NCBI GenBank assembly: GCA_050613775.1
Contig: JBODTK010000139.1
Coordinates: 186,001 to 250,000, forward strand
Direction: 5' to 3'
Length of the DNA: 64,000 bases
Source of the DNA: Neocallimastix sp. 'constans'
Lineage: Eukaryota
The position numbers were made by a program, and so were the translations under genes. Under the pieces are notes generated by a model. That model had not been told where the DNA came from. It saw nothing but the letters and a program-made list of their open reading frames with translations, and searched no databases. How positions within the stretch are numbered: position 1 is the first letter of the stretch; each line of letters begins with the position of its first letter. Positions 1-13,500 of the stretch are shown here, piece by piece.

Positions 1-3000
1 ATGTTTTATTTTATTTTTTTTATTTATTTTCTTTATATTTTATTCTTTATTTTATTTTATTTTGATTTATTTTATTCTTTATTATATTTTATTTTGATTT
101 ATTTTTTATTTTATTTTATTTTATTTTATTCTTTATTTTATTTTATTTTATTTTATTTTATTTTATTTTTTATTTTATTTTATTCTTTATTTTATTTTAT
201 TCTTTATTTTATTTTATTCTTTATTTTATTTTATTCTTTATGTTTTATTTTATTTTTTTTTTTATTCTTTATGTTTTATTTTATTTTTTTTATTTATTTT
301 CTTTATATTTTATTCTTTATTTTATTTTATTCTATTCTTTATTTTATTTTATTTCTTTTTTATTTTATTCTTTATTTTATTTTCTTTATATTTTATTCTT
401 TATTTTATTTTATTCTATTCTTTATTTTTTTTTATTTCTTTTTTATTTTATTCTTTATTTTATTTTATTTTATTTTATTTTTTATTTTATTTTATTTTGA
501 TTTATTTTATTCTTTATTATATTTTATTTTGATTTATTTTATTCTTTATTTTATTTTATTTATCTTTATTTTATTCTTTATGTTTTATTTTATTTTTTTT
601 GATTTATTTTATTTTTTTTTGATTTATTTTATTCTTTATTATATTTTATTTTGATTTATTTTATTCTTTATTTTATTTTATTTTGATTTATTTTTTATTT
701 TATTTTATTTTATTTTATTCTTTATGTTTTATTTTATTTTTTTTATTCTTTATGTTTTATTTTATTTTTTTTATTTATTTTCTTTATATTTTATTCTTTA
801 TTTTATTTTATTTTATTCTTTATTTTATTTTATTTATCTTTATTTTATTCTTTATGTTTTATTTTATTTTTTTTTTTATTTTATTTTTTTTTTTATTTTA
901 TTTTAATTTTTTATTTCATTCAATTCTTTATTTTGATTTATTTTAATTTTTTATTTTATTTTATTCTTTATTTTGATTTATTTTATTCTTTATTTTATTT
1001 TATTTCTTTTTTATTCTTTATTTTATTTTATTCTTTATGTTTTATTTTATTTTAATTTTTTATTTTATTTTATTCTTTATTTTTTTTTATTTCTTTTTTA
1101 TTTTATTTTTTATTTTATTTTATTTTATTTTATTTTATTTTATTTTATTTTATTTTTATTTTATTTCTTTTTATTCTTTATTTTATTTTATTTTATTTTA
1201 TTTTTTTATTTTATTTTATTTTGATTTATTTTATTCTTTATTTAATTTTATTTATCTTTATTTTATTTTTTTTTTTTTTTTTTATTTTATTCTTTATTTA
1301 ATTTTATTTATCTTTATTTTATTTTTTTTTTTTTTTTTATTTTATTCTTTTTTAATTTTATTTATCTTTATTTTATTTTTTTTTTTTTTTATTTTATTCT
1401 TTATTTTATTTTATTCTTTATTTTATTCTTTATTTTATTCTTTATTTTATTTTATGTTATTTTGATTTATTTTATTCTTTATTTTTATTTTATTCTTTAT
1501 TTTATTTTATTCTTTATTTTATTTTATTTTTTATTTTATTTTATTTTTTATTTTATTCTTTATTTTATTTTATGTTATTTTGATTTATTTTATTCTTTAT
1601 TTTTATTTTATTCTTTATTTTATTTTATTTTTTATTTTATTCTTTATTTTATTCTTTATTTTATTTTATTTTTTATTTTATACTTTATTTTATTCTTTAT
1701 TTTATTTTATTTTTTATTTTATTCTTTATTTTATTTTATTTTTTATTTTATTTTATTCTTTATTTTATTTTATTCTTTATTTTATTTTATTCTTTATTTT
1801 ATTTTATTCTTTATGTTTTATTTTATTTTTTTTTATTCTTTATGTTTTATTTTATTTTTTTTATTCTTTATGTTTTATTTTATTTTTTTTATTCCTTATG
1901 TTTTATTTTATTTTTTTTATTCTTTATGTTTTATTTTATTTTTTTTATTCTTTATGTTTTATTTTATTTTTTTTATTCTTTATGTTTTATTTTATTTTTT
2001 TTATTCTTTATGTTTTATTTTATTTTTTTTATTTATTTTCTTTATATTTTATTCTTTATTTTATTTTATTCTATTCTTTATTTTATTTTATTTCTTTTTT
2101 ATTTTATTCTTTATTTTATTTTATTTCTCTTTTATTCTTTATTTTATTTTATTTTATTCTTTATTTTTTTTTTATTTCTTTTTTATTTTATTCTTTATTT
2201 TATTTTATTTTATTTTTTATTTTATTTTATTTTGATTTATTTTATTCTTTATTTAATTTTATTTATCTTTATTTTATTTTTTTTTTTTTTTTTATTTTAT
2301 TCTTTATTTAATTTTATTTATCTTTATTTTATTTTTTTTTTTTTTTTTTATTTTATTCTTTTTTAATTTTATTTATCTTTATTTTATTTTTTTTTTTTTT
2401 ATTTTATTCTTTATTTTATTTTATTCTTTATGTTTTATTTTATTTTAATTTTTTATTTTATTTTATTCTTTATTTTTTTTTTATTTCTTTTTTATTTTAT
2501 TTTTTATTTTATTTTATTTTATTTTATTTTATTTTATTTTATTTTATTTTATTTTTATTTTATTTCTTTTTATTCTTTATTTTATTTTATTTTATTTCTT
2601 TTTTATTTTATTTTATTTTATTTTGATTTATTTTATTCTTTATTTAATTTTATTTATCTTTATTTTATTTTTTTTTTTTTTTTTTATTTTATTCTTTATT
2701 TAATTTTATTTATCTTTATTTTATTTTTTTTTTTTTTTTATTTTATTCTTTTTTAATTTTATTTATCTTTATTTTATTTTTTTTTTTTATTTTATTCTTT
2801 ATTTTATTTTATTTTTTATTTTATTCTATTCTTTATTTTATTCTTTATTTTATTTTATGTTATTTTGATTTATTTTATTCTTTATTTTTATTTTATTCTT
2901 TATTTTATTTTATGTTATTTTGATTTATTTTATTCTTTATTTTTATTTTATTTTATTTTTTATTTTATTCTTTATTTTATTCTTTATTTTATTTTATTTT

Positions 3001-3142
3001 TTATTTTATTCTTTATTTTATTTTATTTTTTTTATTTTATTTTTTTTCTCTTTATTATATTTTATCTTTATTTTATTCTTTATTTTATTTTATTTTTTTT
3101 TTATTCTTTATTTTATTTTATCTTTATTTTATTCTTTATTTA
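1..3142. repeat. T-rich low-complexity satellite built on TTTTA/TTCTTTA units with higher-order duplications
   Basis: Almost only T and A; the block atgttttattttattttttttatttattttctttatattttattc recurs near 1, 271, 752 and 2010; ~26-bp units at 1805-2030. Confidence 0.95.
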
Positions 3143-3392
3143 AATATTCATTAATATATATATCAAAATATTTATTTAAGTAACTAATAAATATTCATTA
3201 ATATATATATCAAAATATTTAATTAATTAATTAATATATATTCATTAATATATTTATCAAAATATTTATTTACTTAATTAATATATATTCATTAATATAT
3301 ATATCAAAATATTTATTTAAGTAATTAATATATATTCATTTATATATATATCAAAATATTTATTTAAGTAATTAATAAATATTCATTAATAC
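3143..3392. repeat. ~47-bp tandem repeat, about 5 copies
   Basis: Unit aatattcattaatatatatatcaaaatatttatttaagtaa(c/t)taata recurs about every 47 bp. Confidence 0.85.
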
Positions 3393-3483
3393 TGATTAAT
3401 TTATTTATTTTTTATTTATTTAATAAATAATCATTAAAATATATATTTAATTATTTATTTATTTTATTAATAAATTTCCATTA

Positions 3484-4162
3484 GAAAAAAGTTTTTTCGC
3501 TATTTTTTTTTGACATATACGGTTTGAGCAAATTTTTTTTATTAACCAAAAATAAAAGAATTTGTTTATTAAATTATTTATTTATTTATTTTATAATTAT
3601 TTATTCATTAATATATATAGTTGATTTATTAATAAACATAATATATATCCACTTATATAATCTTTTTATTTTAATTAATAATTTTTTAATAAAAATTAAT
3701 CTGAAAATACTTTTGCTTATTATGAATAAAATATTCAAATATTTTTGCATTTTAAAGAAAAAAGTTTTTTCGCTATTTTTTTTTGACATATACGGTTTGA
3801 GCAAATTTTTTTTATTAACCAAAAATAAAAGAATTTGTTTATTAAATTATTTATTTATTTATTTTATAATTATTTATTCATTAACATATATAGTTGATTT
3901 ATTTATAAACATAATATATATCCACTTATATAATCTTTTTATTTTAATTAATAATTTTTTAATAAAAATTAATCCAAAAATACTTTTGCTTATTATGAAT
4001 AAAATATTCAAATATTTTTGCATTTTAAAGAGAAAAGTTTTTCCGCTATTTTTTTTTTGACATATACGGTTTGAGCAATTTTTTTTTTATTAACTAAAAA
4101 TAAAAGAATATATTTGTTAAATTATTTATTTATTTATATAATTAATATTTATTCATTAATAT
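3484..4162. repeat. ~273-bp tandem repeat, about 2.5 copies
   Basis: gacatatacggtttgagcaa and its flanks recur near 3511, 3784 and 4059. Confidence 0.9.
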
Positions 4163-4334
4163 TTTAAATTAAATTTATTTAATATTTAAATTTATATTTT
4201 CTCAAACATTTAAATATAAATGATTATTTGGTATTATAATAAATATGTATTTTAAAAGAAATTATTAGCTTTAAATAACAATGCTTACGAATTTAAAAGC
4301 TAATGTATTAAATATTTTTATATTACATATTTAA

Positions 4335-4858
4335 TGATATAATTTTTTTTATTCTAAGTTTATTATTTCATGAATTATTTAAACCCATATATCATACTGA
4401 TTCATGTTGACTTTCAAAAATTTATTACAAAAATTTTACAGAGATAAAAACAAGTTTTTTGAAAATCTTTAAAAATAAAGTTACAAGTAATTCAATTTCA
4501 TATTAAGTTAGCGCAAACAAATGCCTTTCTAATGATTTAATTTATTTTATTCTAGGTTTATTATTTAATGAATAATTTAAACCCGTATATCATACTGATT
4601 CATGATAACTTTCAAAAATTTATTACAAAGATTTTAAAGGGATAAAAAAAATTTTTTTGAAAATCTTTAAATATAAAGTTACAAGTAATTCAATTTCATA
4701 TTAATTTAATGAAAACAAATACCTTTCCAATGATATAATTTATTTTATTCTAGGTTTATTATTTCATGAATTATTTAAACCCGTATATCATACTGATTCA
4801 TGATAACTTTCAAAAATTTATTACAAAAATTTTACAGAGATAAAAAAAAAATTTTTGA
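4335..4858. repeat. ~198-bp tandem repeat, third copy cut off by the RT fragment
   Basis: aaaccc(a/g)tatatcatactgattcatg recurs near 4381, 4579 and 4777; similarity ends at ...aaaatttttga where RT sequence starts. Confidence 0.9.
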
Positions 4859-5416
4859 TTGCTTCGTTATTTTCTGGATGTACTACAAGAATTATTGTAA
4901 ATCAGGAAATAACGGATGAAATAGAAATACAAAGAGGCTTACTACAAGGTGCTATTTTATCACCTTTACTTTTTAATATTTTCATTGATGATTTAGCATC
5001 AGAATTGATCGAAAGGTATCCAAATGATCCATTACCTCATTGTCTTTTCTATGCTGATGATATTAAATTAAATAATGAAAATAAAGATGATATGCAAAAA
5101 ATGATAGATATCTGTTTTAAATGGGCTGAAGAAAATGGAATGGAGTTTAATATTGAAAAGTCAGCTTTCCTTAGTGATCCTTATTTTAATAACAATAATG
5201 ATAATGATAATGATAATGATAATGATAATGATAATGATAATGATAATGATAATGATAATGATAATGATAATGATAATGATAATGATAATGATAATGATAA
5301 TGATAATGATAATGATAATGATAATGATAATGATAATGATAATGATAATGATAATGATAATGATAATGATAATGATAATGATAATGATAATGATAATGAT
5401 AATGATAATGATAATG

Positions 5417-5472
<56 letters not shown>

Positions 5473-6711
5473 GATGATAATAACAACATAAATAATTATA
5501 ATAATAATAATAACGTGGATAATCTTCCTTTTTATTTAGGTTCAGAAGAAAATAGACTTCCAAAAAAAGAAGAATACAAGTATTTGGGTTTTATTCATAG
5601 ATGTTCTGGAATTAATTGGAAAGAACATTTAAATAATTCAGCAGAACGATCATTAAAATTGTTAAAGTCTCTGAATTATTATATCAATAAATGGTCGCCT
5701 TCAATTAAGTTATTCATATTTAGATCATTTATTAGACCAATGATGAAACATTCTGCTTGTCTTTCCTTTTACTGGATGAAAAGTATTGAAGAATTTGAAA
5801 ATAGAGAATTAAATTCCAAAGAACCCTTTGAAGAGATCCATCTTTATAATAAAGTAATGAGACTAGGAGTTAAATGGATCTTAAATACTAAACGTTTTCG
5901 TATAGGCTTTTCTATTTTAGGATTACCTCCAACTTTAGAAAGACTCTATACATTATCATTAAAATTTAAAAGGCACATTAAAGAAATAGATGAAGATAAT
6001 CCTTTAAATGTGGCCTTTTATATCAATAACTATAAAAGTAGGATCCCAAGAAATTCCTTTTTTTATAAAGTTATGGACTGGGATCATTTGTTCCATTTAA
6101 AATACTTTGGATTAAAAGATCCAGTGATACCAGACGACGAAGACCCGAATGATCCAGATATAGATCTTATTGGTTTGGATTCAAGAATAAAAGATCTTAT
6201 TTATAAAAGTAACTTTGGAAGTTCAGCGTTAACAAGTTGTATTCTTCCATTTGCAAGAGTGAAAAAGAAGACCGATAAAAATTATATTAAAGAAACTAAT
6301 TCTTCTGATCAATGCATCTATATCAATGATCCTATAACAAGATATAGAGCAATAAGATGGAGATTAAATACTTTTCTCTATAAAAAGATCTGTCCAATAT
6401 GTCATAGGGAAATGAATAGAGCTCATATTCAGAAATGCAAATTATTTATGCATGTTTCCTTTTGGCATTTTATATGCAACGATGACATCTATGCATATAA
6501 AAGTGAACTTCGAAAGTATGGTGATCATCCACCACCAAACTATAATATACTAGACAGTATATTAAATAATAAAAATTATGATAAATTTAGAATTATCACC
6601 GACTTCCTTTATAAATTTTGGAATGAACTACCATCATCTACTACTGCTACTACTACTACTACTACTACTACTACTGCTACTAATAATAATAATAATCATA
6701 ATAATAATTAA
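4855..6711 (+). mobile_element. 5'-truncated non-LTR retrotransposon ORF2: C-terminal half of reverse transcriptase plus Cys/His motif
   Basis: GLLQGAILSPLLFNIFIDD, FYADD, FNIEKS, YKYLG and C-terminal CPIC-x7-H-x3-C; N-terminal RT motifs and endonuclease absent. Confidence 0.9.
5195..5481 (+). repeat. (GATAAT)n microsatellite in frame within the RT
   Basis: About 45 hexamer units encoding poly(Asn-Asp). Confidence 0.97.
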
Positions 6712-6995
6712 AACAAAATGGTTTAAGACGAGTAATCAAAAGTGCACTTTAAAGGACCTCGTTAAAAACAAATTAATATATAAAAATTATTTATCACTTT
6801 AATAATTTAAAAAAAAAAAAAAAAAATGAAATAACAACGACAATAAGGACAATAATACCATTAATAAAAATTATAACTTCAGCACATAAACAAAACAAAA
6901 CAACTTTTAGAATTATATAATTAAAAGGTAAATATAAATTTAATTAAATTTTTAAATTATTTCAAAAAAATTTTTTTTTGTTACACCAAAGTTTA

Positions 6996-7026
<31 letters not shown>

Positions 7027-9489
7027 AAATTAAATTTTTTATAATTTTAATTATAATTAATAGTAAATTAAAAATTTTTTTATTATTTATTTATTAAAAT
7101 TTTAAATTTAAGAGGCCTTTTAAAATAATTCTTTTATTTTAAAGTGACCTTTATTTTTTATTTTTTATTTTTATTTCTTTAATTTTTTTTATAAAATAAA
7201 TTATTATATTTTTAATTATTTTATGAAAAATTAAAAATAAATTTTTTATATATTTAAATATATATTTATTTATATAAATATTTTATTTAAAAAATATATA
7301 ATAAATTTATTAATTATTTTTTTTTTTATTTAAAGTCTTTACTTTTTTTTTTTTTTTAAAAGGCCTTTTAAATTTTTTATTATTATTTTTTATTACTATT
7401 ATCAATAATTACTAACTATATTTTTTATTTATTTAATTTTATTATTAAATTATATTATAATTAAAATATTTTACAATTCAAATACAAAAAAAAAAAAAAA
7501 AACAATACATATACAATATTTTCAACTTATTATCCAATAATTATAAAAAATTTCATTACAATGTAACAAAAAATAATTATTTTTTCAATATAAATACATT
7601 CATTATTCATTCAAACAATAAAAAAAAAAAAAAAAAATTAAATCCAATCAAAAATGCAAAAAAAAAAAAAAAAAATAAAAATAAAATCAATCAAAATTGC
7701 AAAAAAAAAAAAATTTAAATCAATCAAAATTGTAAAAAAAAAAAAAAAATGAACCAATAAATAGGACCAAAAAAAAAATTTCAATACAATCAAATATTTT
7801 TAATTTGAAGCCATACAAAAAATAAAAAAAATTCAATATAATCAAATATAATTAATGTTTAAAGCCATATAAAAAATAAAAAAGTTTAATACAATTATAA
7901 AATTTCAATTTTTTATCCAATAAAAATAAAAATGCATTAAAAAATATAAAAAATTTTTTTTCATCACATATATTATAATATAATAACAATATATTCAAAT
8001 ACAAAAAAATAATACAAAAAAAATCTACTACAAAAAAAATTACAAAAAAAAAAAAAAAAAAATAATAATAATAATAATAATTATTATTAAAAAAAAAAAA
8101 TAATTTTATTTCTCCTAATGTATAATCCAAAATACATTATGGTTTATTATTAAATTATTTTTTTTTTTTATTAAATAATTATATTTATTATAAATCTTTT
8201 TATATCATAACGGTTAATTCATATTTATCTATTTATTAATTATTATATATATTTTGCGGTACAAAAAATTTTTTTATTTTTTGTACTACATTATTTTTGA
8301 TAACTCTAAATAATTATATTTTTTTTTTATATTTTTATTTATTGTTATTAAAAAATTTTTTAATGACTTTTTTTTTTATTTACACTTATTTAACATTATT
8401 TGTTTTTATTCTTTTAAAATAGTTTTAATAATTATTTTAAAAGTGCACTTTTTAATTCATTTAATTTTTAATATTTTATTTTTTTCTCTTATATAAAATA
8501 ATTTAATAATTTTTTAATAAATAATTTCTATAATAATTTTTATTATTATTTTATTATTTATTATTAAAGAATTTAATTATTTTATATATAGTTTTTATTT
8601 AGTATAAAATATTTTTTTTTATTTATTTACATATTAGATTTTTATTAATTATATAGTTTTATAATTTTTTTATTAACGTAATTGCAGTCTTAGGTAAATA
8701 CTAAGACAATATATAATTTTTCCTTTCTTTATTTACCCTTTTAACTTTTACAATAGTTTAAATATAATTTTATAGCTTTTATTATAATTCTTTTATATTT
8801 AATTTATTTATATTTAAAAAATTTAGATTAAAAATTTTTCTTGTGTTCCCTTTATATATAAATTATTAAAAGATTTATTTTTTAAATCTTTTTTTATTTA
8901 ATTATATATAAATAACATAAGAATAATTATTATTTTATTTTTTATTTTCTTTTTTTCTTTTTTTCTTTTATTTTTATTTTTATCTTTTATAAATTATCTT
9001 TTATAAATTATCTCTATATAAATATCTTATTTTATTATGTCTTCATAATAATTTAAATATTTATATAATACCTTTTATTTTTTTTCATTATAATAATTAT
9101 ATTTTTATAACCTTTATTATTCTTTCAACCTTACCTTTTTTATTTATTTTATTTACTTTGGTTAATAATTACTTTACTTTATTTACCCTTTCTTTTTTAA
9201 TTATTAACTCTTATATTATTATAGTTATTATCTTTAGATAATAATTGTAAACTTTTATCATTATATATAATTATATATCTTTTAATAATTATATATTTTT
9301 TTATTATTATCTTATATAATTATTTCTTTTAATAATTATATATACTTTTTATTTACTTATATAATTATATACCTTTTATAATTATATACTTTTATTTACT
9401 TATATAATTATATATCTTTTATAATTATATACTTTTATTTACTTATATAATTATTTATTTTTAAATAATTATATATTTTATCATTATCT

Positions 9490-10544
9490 TGTTATGGTTC
9501 GAGGAATTCAAAAAAAAAAAAAATTATATAATATTAAAACACAAAAAAAAATTTTATTCTTTCACAATAATTTTTATTTATTTATTATATTTTTATTTTA
9601 ATTTTTATTTTATTTTTATTATTATTTTTATTTATTTATTTTATTTTTATTTTATTTTTATTATTATTTTTATTTATTTATTTTATTTTTATTTTATTTT
9701 TATTATTATTTTTATTTATTTATTTTATTTTTTTTTTTTTATTTATTTATTTTTATTATTTCTATTTTTTTTTTTTTTTTTTTTTTTTCTTTTTTTTTTT
9801 TTTTTTCTCTCTCTCCTAAAAAGGGGTTCCAAGGTAGTCAATTTATATCTTTTTGAAGATATAAAAGTAGCAAAGCCTCTGGAAGTAGTTGAAGAGATGG
9901 AAAAACAATAGATTTTTAAATCTTATTGATTATTTCCTTATTGTATTAAATAGAAATTTTATTATTTCCTAATATTCAAATTAACCAAAATAAATCTATA
10001 ATATAAAAGATGCATTATAGATAAGAATTAAACAAAAAAAAGAGAAGCAGTATTACAATAAAATTGAATACTTTAACTTAATTTTGATACTAATTTAATA
10101 TGTAATCTTATATATTAATTTGAATGACATAATAGAAAATAAAATACATTTATTAATATATGAAAAATCTTTTACAATTTTAAATACAGAAAATTTTATT
10201 TTATTTATTTCTTTCATTTCAATTATTTCTTAATTCGAAAGACAGAAATATTGATAAAGTTATTTAAGTTGTTTATATACAGGAATTATTCCTTATTTAG
10301 AAAAATAATACTAAAAGTAATTAGTACTATGTTATTGCTAAACTCTCATAAATTTAATTTACCTTTATAAGGAATGAACATAAATTTAAATTAAATTTTA
10401 TGTATAAACTTAAATTTTCAGATCAAATAATATAGTAAAATTATTAATGTAAAGAATACATAAATTTATTAATATTTTAAAATTCACCTTGACTATATTA
10501 AAAGGTTTTTAATAAGAATCAATTTATTACTTCATTCTTTATCA
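9490..10544 (-). repeat. 3' LTR of Gypsy-1
   Basis: tgttatggttcgagg...cattctttatca, essentially identical to 17333-18387. Confidence 0.97.
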
Positions 10545-10567
10545 CGATGCCCCCGCTAAGACTCAAG

Positions 10568-13500
10568 CTATATTGTAGCTGAGTTATATTTTACTATATT
10601 TTTGAGGTGTACATTCCGATTTAATAATATTCCTGAATTTGGATCAGCTAACGTAACTGTATTAAACTTTTTCTTGATTACTTTTAAAGGTCCATTAAAA
10701 TAAGGTTCTAGTTTAGTTCTACTAAAGTTTCTAACTAGGACTAAATCTCCCTCCTTGATTTCCTTAGCCTGATTCATACTTTGTTTTTCTTCTCGTCTAA
10801 CAGCCCAATATTTATTTGCATTTTTCACATTTTCTGATGCTTCTATGGTCCATCTATAATGAGATATAAACTTTTCCAATAGAATTTCATCAGAAGATTT
10901 ATTTATACCTTTAGTCGGTCTTGCAGCTATATCAAAAGGTTGTTGGTCTTCACGACCATAAACTAATTCAAAACTAGAATGGTTAGTGGTACTATTTTTA
11001 ACGGTTCTTAAAGCCCAGAGAGCAGAGGGTAATACCTCATCCCAATCTTTATTTTTTGTCCCAAGCAATCTAAGGAGTTTACCAATTTCTTTATTACGAT
11101 TTTCCGTAAGTCCATTAGATTCGGGATGATATGTTGTAACAAATTTTATATATACATCATATAGATCTAAAAATATTTTAGTCATATCTGATGTAAATTG
11201 GGCACCATTATCGGTGGTAATTACTTGGGGAACTCCATGACGAGAAAATACGTTAATAAGGAACTTAATTACGTCTTTAGAAGTGATATTTTCAGTCGGT
11301 TCTGCTTCTACCCACTTAGTGAAATAATCAACAGCTACTATTATATATTGATTATTACTTCTAGTTTTAACCAGTGGACCGATAATGTCCAAACCAAGAT
11401 GTACAAAAGGTCCTTCCACTTTAGTAGGTAGATTTTCTGTAGGCTCTGGATAAGGTTGTGGTCGATTTAATTGACATTTTTCACACTTACTGACAACACG
11501 TTTAACATCATTCACCATGTCGTTCCAATAATAACTCTTACGTAAACGTTGATAAGTCTTATAATAACCATCGTGTCCAATATTATGAGCCTCTAATATT
11601 AATTTTATTCTTTCATTAAGATCGGTTACTAATTTTCTATAATTGTTACCATCAATAAAGTAGTCAATACCATCAATAGTGGTGAATTTTTCATTGATAA
11701 AATCATGTATTACTTTGGATAATAAGGCTTCATTTTCATCATTCGTAATATCATGGTTAATTATTTTCGTAGCTAAAACTACATTTTCTTTATTATTTTT
11801 CATTCGGGATAGGGCATCAGCAAGCACATTCTTTTTACCGGTTTCATATCTAATGTCTACACCAAGCATACTAGCTGTCAAACACCATCTAGTTTGCCTT
11901 GCATTATGTGGTTCCTTATTTTTGAACAACCCTAGTAACGGTTTATGGTCCGTATATACAATAGTTGGTATTGGATTTCCATCTATATACGGTTTTAATT
12001 TAGTTATACAATAATATAGGGCAGCACCTTCTAGGTCAGTTATACCATAATGCTTTTCTGCTCTGGTCAAACTTCTACTAATAAAGTGAATAGGGTGTTC
12101 TTTTCCAGTTTCATTATCTTTTTGTAATAACACACCTCCTATTCCATCATAAGAAGCATCGGTACGTATAATAAATTCTTTATCAAACTGAGGGAAACTT
12201 AATATGGGTGCATTTATTAGTTTTTCTTTCAGTACTTCAAACGATTTTTGGTGTTCACTAGTCCAAACATACTTCACACCTTTCCTTAATAATTTACACA
12301 AACACGCAGTAATTTGTGAATATTTATCGATGAAATTTCTATAGTATCCAACAGCTCCTAAAAATGAACGTAATTCATGGATGTCCTGAGGGGGTTTCCA
12401 ATCTCTGATAACCTCGATTTTACTATCAAGAGGTTTTAAGCCTTTAGTGGTTAATCTATGCCCCAAAACATTCACTTCTGTTTTCATGAAGTGACACTTT
12501 TCAATATTAAGTTTTAATCTATTTTCTTTGAGTATGGATAAAACTTGTTGAATATGTTGGAGGTGTTCTTCAACTGTTTTAGAGTATATAAGTATATCAT
12601 CGATAAAATTATAAACACACTTTCCTATTAAAGGAAATAGGATTCTATTCATTTCTCTTTGAAAGGTTGCAGGAGCGTTGGTTAAACCAAATGGCATAAC
12701 TTTAAATTGGTAGTTACCAAACTTAGTGGTGAAAGTTGTTATACCAATACTTTCTTCCTCCATTAAAATTTGGTGATATCCAGAGTATAAGTCAATGGTA
12801 GTGAAGATAGTTGCACCATTGAGACTATCAAAAATTTCATCAATGTATGGTATAGAATAAGAATCCTTTATAGTAGAATCATTAACCTTCCTATAATCTA
12901 CACACATACGCCATTTCCCATTAGGCTTTGGTACTAGAACAATAGGCGAAGACCATTCAGAATTTGAAGGCTCAATTAACTTTTTATTAATTAACTTAGT
13001 TAATTCTTCCTTTAAAATATCTGTCTTTAATTTTGTTAGCCGATAAGCTCTTTGTTTTATAGGTTTGGTACCAGCTTTTAGATTTATTTTGTGTGGTGAA
13101 AGCAATGATGGTGTTAATTCCTCAGACGACGTAGCAACAATTTCTATATTGTCCTCTAATAGGTGTATTATATCAGTTCTATATTTTTCATTTAGAGTAT
13201 TCATAAATATTGTATTATGTATATATTCCATAGGTGGTAATCCTTCTAATTTCTTTAATTCCCCACCAGCATATTTTTCCTTACTATTATCCTCAAGTAA
13301 TTTGTTAACACTACAAATATATTTTTCGTCAATTGCAGAATTATTTATTGGTGTAATAGAACTGATAGTACCATCCATGTTATATTTACATAAGCAATTA
13401 TTTAAGGGATTAATAAATAATCTATTATCAACTATAGTTTTTAAATTAATTAGCATGTCATAAAATGGTTCCTCTTTTTCTACAATTCGGAAATCAATTA

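Noticed and set aside
1..3183. Many F/Y/I/L-rich ORFs resembling membrane proteins
   Set aside because: Artefact of a T-rich satellite that lacks stop codons
9489..9911. Duplicated 140-150-aa ORF (also 17302-17754)
   Set aside because: Low-complexity antisense frame inside the LTRs
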